Part shown: piece by piece, positions 53,601 to 64,000 of the stretch
How the letters are laid out: every line of letters starts with the position of its first letter
Numbering within the stretch: position 1 is the stretch's first letter
Source: Balanoglossus misakiensis
Lineage: Eukaryota; Animalia; Hemichordata
Direction: 5' to 3'
Assembly (NCBI GenBank): GCA_040954595.2
Contig: CM082593.2
Coordinates: 372,001-436,000, forward strand
DNA: 64,000 nt
Position numbers and translations under genes: made by a program
Notes under the pieces: model-generated
Database searches by the model: none
What the model saw: only the letters and a program-made list of their open reading frames with translations
Told to the model about the DNA's origin: nothing

Positions 53601-56600
53601 CATCTGCGGTGTTTTCAACTCCTCGGGATTATGTACACAAAGCAGCCTTGGATACCGAGTTCAGCTGATTTATGAGATTGTATTAATTGTTTTGTGGCTT
53701 CGACTTTATGTGATCACGGGTGAAATCATTCCAAGTCTAGGTAGAATTCGGAATTCGCGTCTTGGACATGTGTTTTCAGAAAACATAAACCAACAGAAGA
53801 TTTTACTACTCATACAGTTACACAGACTTGTGTGAAAAACTGACAAAGCTTGCTTATAAGAAAATCTCACATATTTCACTCAAAGGTATTCAAGATTAAG
53901 GTATTTGTTGAACAGTTTGAATTTCATTTTTTGGCCAACATGCATGTACCAGCAAACCTCACCTGAGTATTTGGCATTAAAAACCCTTGCACAGATATTG
54001 TTGTCGACTCACTCTATCATTTCAGACTGCACGAAGTAATATCAACCTTTCAGGAATGATTATACAGCAGTGTGGGAGTAATAATTCAAGTTGTTTGCCA
54101 ATCCCATTCTTTGCCATGTGCGTATGCAGCCTGCAGAAACGTGAAATATACACTAGAGACTAGTATTTAGCCTAAGTGCACTTGATAATTGCAACACTAG
54201 TTCATAGAGCATTCACAATGCCAACTTTGAACCAATGGACTCAATATCTGGTGATGCCGTGTTTTCGGGGTTGAATGTTTTCTGTCACATGAGAAAAGGA
54301 TTTTGCCTCCAAAATGTCATATTGCCTCTGGAGTTAAGTAAGAGCACATTCTGTCGATAACATGTAGGATCGAAGGAGTGACGACTTTACCAGATACCTG
54401 ACCGTGTTGACAGAGTAATGTAAATCGATTGAATTTAACTGAAAATCTCAATGTTATTGTAGGCTTAGCCCTTCTAGTATCCGACTATGGCTGTACTGGC
54501 CTCCTTGTGTAACAGAGACAGACACTCTCACCATAGGGCTAAAGGCCAAAATGTCTTGTTTACTTTTGTTTTTCGAGGGTACTTTTATTTCGTATACGTT
54601 GTACTGTGTGTATTTAACATTTCCACTGACATATTGAGACTGAATGTCATGGCAATAAACCAAATAATCAAAACCAAATCATAAACTAAAGTTTACTTCT
54701 GCCAAACATAAACTGTATCACCATGTACATGATTTATTAAGATCATCATATGAATACACTCTTAGACTAGAGTAGGATATGTTGAGGGCGCTATTAAATA
54801 CACAAATGCTGACTCAGTTCACTGCCTGAGAAAATTCTGAGAATAAGAGTTAATTTGCTTATCTTGACTGATAATGAACACTGGACATCAGTGATTTGAT
54901 TTAATGTTACAGTGGTGGTAATTTCTCGTACTTTTTATATCAAAAGAACAATTTCATTTGTTAATTGCATTTGTGTGTTAATAAATTGTCCATATGCTAT
55001 GATGTTTATAAAGCAGAATGCTTGTACATATTGCAAAATGTACGTAGTACACATGTGTAGACAAAAACAGATTGTAGTCGGAAAGAGATTAGTGATGTCA
55101 TGCTCTGTACTTTTGAGCCAATCAGATCTGAGTATTTTCAGAGGCCTAGTAAATTGGCCAATGATATGGCTTCAATTTCACCATGTACGTACTGTACATC
55201 ACACACCATGCAGCCAATACTCACCCTTTCTATCACTTCTTTATTTTGTAGTTGTTCAAGTTTGAACACTACCATGCCTTATGGCTCTTAATACGAGAGG
55301 GTTCACAAACTGTAGTCATATGTTCATTGTCAGGCACAATGCAGAACTGAATCTCACACACGAGCCGCCTTCATTAATGATATGACAGAACTAGACTTCC
55401 ACCAATCCCTGAGGCAGTATTTTGTTCTTAATCTTATCACGTTCGCTTTAGTCTCAAAAAAAGCCTTGCGTTGCCATAAGTTTTTCATTATTCTGAGTGT
55501 GGTCATGACATGGCAATTATCATATCATGCAGCATCGAAAACGTGTGAACAACAACAAAGAATAGTTTAATCTGAATGACTGCACTCTTTCACATAAAAT
55601 TTCCTTGGAGACTTCTATCCCTTGAGAATGTCACTGAGATGACAATGTTTATTTCATTTAGGTGATGTGGCTTAATTGGTTGTATTCCCCGAAGGAATTT
55701 ACTCAGCTAACAAACAAATCTGCTACACAAATTTCAATAAGTTGTATTAGAATACAGAAATAGTGATAGTTTTTCAGACATGTTCAGTTCCATGAATCAA
55801 CAAATGAATGGATGTTTTTCCTGGAAGTATGCATTTCAATTAGGAAAGCCGGGAATGTTTTTTTGTCAACCAGCTGGATTTGCAAGATCCCAAAATTTGA
55901 AATGCGTCCTGTTTTCCCTGTCTCGGACTAAAATGCAAAGATTACTGACCCAGGTTGTTTACTTATGCAACAAATTACCAACAAATGCATTTAAAGATTT
56001 GGCAAAATAAGGATTCTCGGCCATTGGACTCACATCTCCATTCAGCAACTACAAATAGTATTACATCCTGTGTGACGCAGTTGTAACCCAGTCTTTGTTT
56101 TCCTCTGTTTCATGTTTTTTTCTCCACGGATTCCTTGTAGACGAAATTGTCCTAAGGGCTCGGTGTATTCGCCAACAAGGTCAATGCACAGAAATGTTGT
56201 GTCCTAGCTGTCTTGGCTTTGGGTGTTCAAAAAACCTTTTCCCATGTGTATTAATGCGCCTTCGTAATCAGGTTTGTTTCCTAAGCCGTCTTGATTCTTC
56301 AAGCATCAAGCACTTAGAGGTTGAACAGATGACAAGATGTATCGCCAAATAGATAGACTAATATGCTTCACAAAACCCTTTCCTTCTTACCAAGATGAAA
56401 ATATTTTGAGTCAATTTCCAAAAAGAAAGACCAGCGTAGAGTACGTGTTAAATGTAATTTTTGATATAGTATGTGCGAGTTATTTTCACCCGCTTAACGG
56501 GACCTGAATTCTTTGAGAGGACGTTGAACATACTAGTTTTTATTACCTTGGCCTACAGTCACCAATTTGAAAGAAGATAGAATTACTTGGGGCGCAATAT

Positions 56601-57281
56601 CATTATTTTTTCATCACAGTGCTCCTTTTGTTGTATCCACATAATAGATTAGAATATACTGCGAAGTATTAAAGTCTCGTGTTCAAAGCCTACGCACGAA
56701 ACCCCATAATCCTGTTGGGTTCATTTTTACCTCTAGATCAGAAATCAGTCCTCAATGCCAATAACTCTGTAAGACTCTGAGTGTATGCGTACTTTCCTGC
56801 AGCATAACATGAACCAGATATATTGTCCACACAAACATGTTTCATCTTGCAATTCAGTATGACAGATATACATCAATCAGGCATTTCTTCATTATATTTT
56901 CTGGTACTTGTCCAGAGCTGTACCAGTCATGTCTCAACGGGTGTGAACCCTGCAGAACTCATTGAAAATCAGAGATTATATTTTGGATATAATTAGGATG
57001 ATTGAGCTTTATATGCAATTCAAAATAGCTGGTTTGGCATAAAATCTCAGTAAGATATTCCTGCAGGGTGTTTGGGAAAATGACTTAATAAGCTCTGATG
57101 TGGTTAGATGTTGGCATTTGTAAAATCAATCACGCCAGTTTTGTTCATATTTTCTGGGCCACAAATGTTTTGTTTCGAGACAGATTCAGGATTGGCAAAT
57201 TGGGCGAGGAATTGTCATACTATGTTCACAAAGTAAAAATACAGAGTGTTAAACGAAGTTTATTTCACACAGGTTTCTGCT

Positions 57282-57287
57282 TTTATT
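57282..57287 (-). other. Probable polyadenylation signal of the esterase
   Basis: AATAAA on - about 80 nt after the stop codon, with a second copy at 57260-57265. Confidence 0.4.
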
Positions 57288-57367
57288 GATAGTTAATGAC
57301 TGCAACATAAGCACTACATTAAGCCTTATTGTGATTACATAGGTTGATACTGTAGGTCACTGAAGCT

Positions 57368-60300
57368 TTAATACAGAGTTTGGAATGTCGCGAGGAAAGC
57401 GATCACTAACATCAAAATCCCAATACTGTCCGGAAGGGTTGCTCCAGCTGCTTGACACTCGCCCGCACCAACTACTGGTGGTGACACAGTCGCATTTGTT
57501 GCACCACGGTACATGACCTTCCGGAAGTAATCCTGCCAGTAAAGCATCTCTCTTGCTCTGTAATCATACTTGACAGCTGACGTTGCACTGAATTCCAGAT
57601 ACGCATCATCTACATCATCAAATTCTTCCCAAATAATCCCAGACACTGGTGTTGGTGTGGGATCGCTGTTAAGAGGAAGAAATGATTTAGTTATAAAGTT
57701 GATTCCAGTGAAAGCTTTCATTTATAATACCATTCATAACTTTCATAACTGTGAGTGTTTGTATATGGTATAGCTGTGTTGACACTGAACTGCCAGAACC
57801 TCATCATGGTTAGGATCTATAATTTATGTATAATTCTCTCAGAGTCAGTTGATTGTTTCCGGTAGTCAGTGAGCACGCGAGTGTATTTTCTATGTCTTCA
57901 CTACAACTTACCCATACATGGCCAGATTGGTGTACAACGTCATGACCAACTCGCTCACTTCTCTGTCAGTATCTGTCCAATCTGACTGGGAATCGTACCA
58001 ATTTCCGGCACTGCAATCCCAGGGACAAGTGCGATTTTCATGAAGGAATGGTGTCCCGAACAGAAAGCTTAAATCAGTACTGTGGGTTATACCTACAATG
58101 AAATGCAGGGTGATAAATGTCTTCAGAAACTCAAATGGTATTTTGCAGGAATGGATCTATTGAATTTTTACCTTGAAGTAGAATTGTATGTTGAAATATA
58201 TTCACTTTCATAACAGCTGGAATGAATGGCGCTTATGGAATGAAGTTGCTGCAAAAATTTTATTATAAGTCACACCTAAAAAGCCCTCTTTGAACACACC
58301 TCTGTATGACTAAAAATATACACATATTGTTTTTTTTGTATATTTCGATGGTTTCTCTCCATTAAGCTTACCCATATGGTCTGGACTGGATTTGTATGGC
58401 GACATGTACTGGAAATTGTATTTGTAAGATCCTGGATATTGTTTGGCATGCCATTTGCCATGGTAGTCAGATGGTGACACATAGAAGTGATCGGTTTTAA
58501 ACTGAACCCACAAAGAAAAGAATATTTATGAGATTAAGGAGAGTTAATTAATACATATTTTCTGAATATCAGCTGAAGTCAGTTTGACACATCATGACCT
58601 GTTCTTTAAGTTCTGTCTTCAGTGCTGGTTATATTTTAATTTGGATATCAATTTTATCACTTATAACTGATTGTCTGCATACTGACCATGTCTAGACACG
58701 TATCCTACCTCAACCCACTCGTCCCGAATCTCTCGCTCGTTATCAGGGTCTGAATATTCGGTGTACTCATAAACAATCGAGTCAAAGAGGGCGTCTTTGT
58801 TTCCTGTTTGCAAGTACAGGGCTGCGTTGAGCCAATCATCGATGTCGCTCTCAAACTGCTGTCTTGACAAGGTCACAGGAGCTTAAAACAAAATACAGAT
58901 TACCATTCACAGGAGCTGTTTCTTTAATGATATACAATGATAGAGGACAAACATAGCGGTAAAGATGGCCTACCTCCACTAGCAGAGGATATGATGTAAA
59001 ATAATATCATTTGATTTTTAATAATAATCAAACAATAACTGATAAAATATCAAGCAACATGCCATCTGTTCCCTGTGATTGCGTGCTGCAATATGTAATT
59101 CTGTGCTACATATAGGAAAAAAAGCACCCCCCCCTACACACACACATACACACTCCCAATTTCAGAGTGAAATTTCACATTTTCCAGCATGTACAAGAGC
59201 TGGAAAATTGGGTTCCACAAGATTATATAAGGTTCGTTTGTGATACGTAAACTTTGTTAACTGTGACCGTACCTAATTATAGGCTGCATGTTAATGCCCG
59301 AGTAATGGTTTTGAGTGAATTTGTGGAACTAAAAAAACCTGAAAACATGATTTTTACTCATTTTGAATTAACCTTTGATGTACTTTAATATAAAACGGTG
59401 ATTCTACTCGCTCTTCAGTATTGCTGCTTGCAGCTATAATTGTTATGTTTGTATCTCATAAATATAATACATACGATAGGGTAGTTCGTCTCTTGTTTCT
59501 CCAACTATGAAGGGCACCTTTAGAAAATCACCCGTCCATAACAAATCTGTGGGATCATCCAAGATAAAGTAGCCATCAACATTCGGTGTCCATTCGCACC
59601 AGTCTTGTGGATACTGATCGAGACATAAAAGATAATTAAGGTCACATATTGTATTTACGGTTGAGGCTAAAAGTATCAAAGTCGACTTGAAATTGTTTGT
59701 TCAATCCGCCATACCATCCCACACATTTGTAAGAGAATTAAAATAAAATACATTTATGCTAATATGACATGATTGTGTTTACCTGTACCACTGTGTTAAC
59801 CAGATCTTGCCATGTTTGTGCTCGCAAACAGTCGACCATTTGTTGTGATGTGGCAGTTGGACAGCCTAAACTTTGCGCTAACTGTCTTGTGGCATTGCTG
59901 GCTTCGTAGGGTGGCCTGAAAATGGCCCAGGGTGCTGTTGCTGTTCCACTCATAGCTATTACACCATGTAATATGCCTAGAAAAAGATAATAACACTTGT
60001 AGGGAAATAATGAATGGTAACTTGATAACTGGAAATGCAATTTATCTTCAAACTTAAATATGTGCATTAAAATGACAGATATACTTGATGTGATTGGACA
60101 TATCCATGTTCTTGAAAATATCCTTCTCAACTGTTTTCTCTAAAATCTGATAAAATGAGAAAAGCAAGGTGAAGGAGGGTGATCAATGACAGAAATGGTT
60201 GTTCCGCACAAACAACAAGAAAAGACAGTGTTGCATACGTCACCTTGAGCGAGAGGAGAGAACAAAAGTAGCGAGGCACTAACTCCTCCTGAGCTCTGTC

Positions 60301-62213
60301 CAAATGCAGTAACATTATTTGGATTCCCGCCAAAATTTTGAATGTTACTTTGGATCCATTCTAAGGCAATGATGTTGTCAAGCAAACCCCAGTTACCAGC
60401 CGCCACTGGGTCATCAGTGCTGAGAAAGCCTGTGAGAAAAATGATAACATATGTGTTTATTTTAAAAGTATGGCTTAGTAGTTACAAAAACAGACATAAT
60501 TAATAATTGTTGTATTAATGTTTGAAGCTATAAACATGGTCAACAACTGTTAATAGACGACATAAGAATATTGAGAACAAGAAGAAAATTATATAAATGG
60601 TTTGTTTAATGGAATATGGATAAGGAAAAGGGAATCGGATGGCTCTCATTGAGTTCATCAGCATATAAATGGCTCTGCGTATCCCCTCCCTTCATGCTGT
60701 GTTTGACATAGTCAATCTCACATACAAGAGCGATAAATCCCAATATACAAAAGTAATATGGAATTGTGTCACTTGCCCCGTAATGGAAGTGAACCATTTG
60801 GGATTATTTAGATGTGAATTTCAATTACTGTTATACCACTTTTGCAATGAATCTCGTTAAATGTTTAACAGTTGAAACGTGGCATACCAAAGTCTGTAAA
60901 TTTCTCAATGTAGCATATAGATGAAACACTAAACGTGTAAATAAATGTAAGTTTAACTCTGTCGTTCCTGAAGTTCCTGAGTCTATCGTCAGAAGCCTTT
61001 GTTATGGCACATACACTGCAATAGATGTAATGTTGACAGTAGTAAACTATCAATTGCTATCTTCCGTATTATTTCAAGTAAAACAGAACAGTAACACCAC
61101 AGGGAAAATATGAATTAGCCTGACCAAAAATCATAACATGCGTCAGAGATGTGTAATTTGGCGTTAATTGGCCCCTCTTTTTCCCTCAGACCATAATCAC
61201 TGTCCTGCCCAGAAGGTGCTTTGTTAACCCCATTTGGAAGGAGGTGAACATGCATACCAAGAGAACACAGACGATAGCTGATGGTTACTATTATTACATC
61301 CTTCTGTGCCAGGAGACTCCCATCATAGCCCTCAGCATTACCAGAAGTGAAACAGCCACCGTGGATCCACACCATAACAGGCAAAAGCGTACTTGGATTG
61401 TGCTGGTAATTAAGAAAATGTGTTTTCGTTATATATTGCATATGCCCTGCAACATCACTTAGATTTGCGACAGTATTAATGCACATCATTATTTTGGATA
61501 ATTTCATGTTTTTTTTTACCGGGAATGGCGATGTGATGATCTTCTATGTGTACAACTGATGGCAAATTTCCTCAATTGATTCTGTGGCCAATCTGCAGTG
61601 ATATCCACTGCAGCATATCAGTTAGTCAAGTTAACATACTCCCAATTCCATTTTATACCTGATCTTCAATCAAAGTGATAATTGAAATTCCTGCCATGTA
61701 ATTGTAAAGACATTTTCATGCAAATCAGCTCAAACGATGCAGGTATGGCTAGAGCAAATGATTGCAGTGTTATATTATGCCATTTGATATCTGAATAACT
61801 TAGTCATCATTTTTTTTAAAGTCTTTCGTGTCCTGAAATTCTTCTTTGTGATTAAGTGAAGTACTTACGTTTGCGAAAGGGGTGTATATATTCATGTAAA
61901 GGCAATCTTCATCGGATAATGGACTGTTCCTCTGAGGACATTGGCGCTTGAAAGTAAAACAATCCAAAACTCCACCCCATGGTGTAGGATTTTTCGGGGC
62001 TGCAAATCGCAGGTTTCCGAGGGGCGGATCAGCGAAGGGAACGCCCAGGTATACGTCCAGGTATTTTCCATCTGTTTGGAGAGTTCTCATTCCACGAATT
62101 GTTCCAGCGGTGGTTTCTGCTGTGACGTAGGTGTGATTGACGTAATCGACCGAATATGCACTAGTGAAGACAAAGAACGCGCACAATAATAAGATCGGCT
62201 TTAGGGCATCCAT
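57368..62213 (-). CDS. Type-B carboxylesterase / cholinesterase-family hydrolase, secreted, probably GPI-anchored, 596 aa, 9 exons
   Basis: Exons (- strand): 62213-61869, 61402-61258, 60429-60244, 59976-59783, 59613-59475, 58881-58709, 58501-58372, 58092-57912, 57665-57368, totalling 1791 nt in one open frame. Signal peptide, [53 protein letters not shown] (nucleophile Ser), GETRDE (acid), GITHSTD (His) and a hydrophobic C-terminus with no cytoplasmic tail. Confidence 0.95.
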
Positions 62214-64000
62214 CTTTGCTTTTTAGGTACGCAGCTAACAGTGCCACAGAAACGATGTGATACTTTGGCTGACTTGCACACGGAATGCATGTGAACTAAA
62301 GTGATGTTTCACTCCATAATCACTAATCGCTATCATTTGACTTACATATTGTCTGTATCCCTTTTATCAGATGTCCATTAGGCCTATTTATGCAAAATAG
62401 TTTATTCACCTCATATGGCTGACTTGATAAAACTGACAAAATGTCGCAGTCGTGGCAGTATATGTGTTCTAGAAACACTGGTGTCAGACAAACAGCTCGA
62501 TGTAGGATATCGAAATCACAGTTACAGAAATAATGTTCATAACACTGTGATGTTTTTTTCACACAAATAAGTTATATTTCTATGGTATTTATATTTCTTA
62601 GGAAAATATAATATGAGAAATTAGGCGACCGGTTTAATGATAAAGCGTAAGATAGGCTTGCCTAAAAGATTAAAAATGTATGACCTGTACCGGTATGTAC
62701 CGTAGACTGTGCATGGTTTTATCAATGTTGCTGAACTGATAGAGTCATTCCAGCGTAACTTTATTGACAAATGACAAGTGCACAGGCCAGCGTTTGAAAT
62801 TATTGCCTGTCCACCTGTTCGAGATGGGTAGATTTCGCATCCGGTTGGAAAAAAATCAATCTGTCTTACCCAGGAGCTGCAAACTTTAATAATTTATTCA
62901 AAGGACTAGTTGACCTTAGAAAATGCTGATAAAATTCGAGCAGGGAACTATCGGGAAGGACCGACAATGTTGGAAAGGAATACCAGCCCTGATGAGCATG
63001 ACAATCAAATTAAATACCCCCCCAACAAAATCTTGGTTATGCTGGGGACTCAGGCAATATAATACTAATTATACTAGACTAATACATGTAATAATTAATT
63101 TCTGTCATATATATGACTAATAAGGCTAAATGCGCCATGACACCTGGTATCCAGTCCAATCACACTTAACGTTCCTCCTGTTTATAATAGTTATCATGCA
63201 CGCAAGTCAAGTTCCTATTTGGAAACTTGTCTGCCAACTGTACAATTTTTTTCTTCGTAATGCAGGACTTGATCTTGTTTATTGATGAGGAGGAAAAATC
63301 GGCAATGATTCATCTGTCAAGATTTGACGAAATTGTAGAAAAATTGAGAAAAACCAAAGCAGGTAGAAAATGAATATTCAAGTACAAGGTAAGCTCTTTC
63401 TAATTGTCTGCTATTACGTAACATGAAGCGAAGCATAGCTTTCTTTTCTTCTAGCGGATGTGATGTTCAAATTGCATAATACGCTGTATACGCAATGAGC
63501 ATTTACCATGCTGTACCGTATAAGTTGCGTGATGTAATACAAGTGGCATCTTACTACGGTTACCCGTACGCGTTCTTGGTCATGACTTGGGCATTCGTAC
63601 AGTACAGCAGCTTTTTTGTAACCAGCACTCAGGTTACCCGCAAACTGCACTTCATTATAAGTGCTATAATTCAGATAGTTTCCATGCTTACAACTATCCA
63701 TGCATGTAATATACCACACACCTGCTGCTTAATTTGAATCAATTTTCAAAAGAGGTGATTATATTCCTCCCCTCCCATGCTCATTAGATAAGGTCTTATA
63801 ATGACATAGCCATCCCCTTACAAATATCTCTGTAATTGCCCAGATAATTTTTAGCAATTCCCGTCATTTTCCAGTCTAATCCATATATCCTGTGTCAAAT
63901 AAGATTGTTGACGTCCTCTCATATAAACTGCATACTTGCAAGGACTCACAGGGTCTTGCAGATTTCAGGAATTGTTCTACTTGTGTCACAAACCGGTATT

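Noticed and set aside
58873-58980. Possible esterase microexons and a duplicated acceptor (agctcctgtga twice)
   Set aside because: The upstream copy is 34 nt away, so out of frame. The 12-nt exon would leave an intron of only ~22 nt, and the 5-nt exon breaks the frame.

Overview
AT-rich, intron-rich metazoan genomic DNA. The repeat types and gene structures suggest a marine invertebrate deuterostome such as a hemichordate, but this is inference. Four spliced protein-coding genes can be rebuilt by hand from GT-AG boundaries with consistent frames. (1) A RAPGEF2/6 (PDZ-GEF) orthologue on + has 30 core exons at 6474-32517; its true first exon is not confidently located. (2) A 5-exon, 350-aa orphan class A GPCR on - at 41424-34291 converges on RAPGEF and has non-canonical TRY and NVFIY motifs. 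(3) A compact single-pass cadherin on - at ~50616-46013 has only 3 EC repeats resembling CDH23/CDHR1-type EC1-3; its likely signal-peptide exon is out of frame across a homopolymer. (4) A 9-exon, 596-aa secreted, probably GPI-anchored carboxyl/cholinesterase with an intact triad lies on - at 62213-57368. Introns contain an 85-bp TTAA-type MITE family, a Helentron/HINE-like minisatellite element, a palindromic element and long G-runs. The most interesting unexplained structure is an isoform layer in RAPGEF: an internal alternative first exon, a mini-exon duplicating an RTQSLG motif, a cassette exon behind a CTAAY array and two more frame-preserving cassettes. No prokaryote-type system, tRNA, rRNA or CRISPR array was seen.
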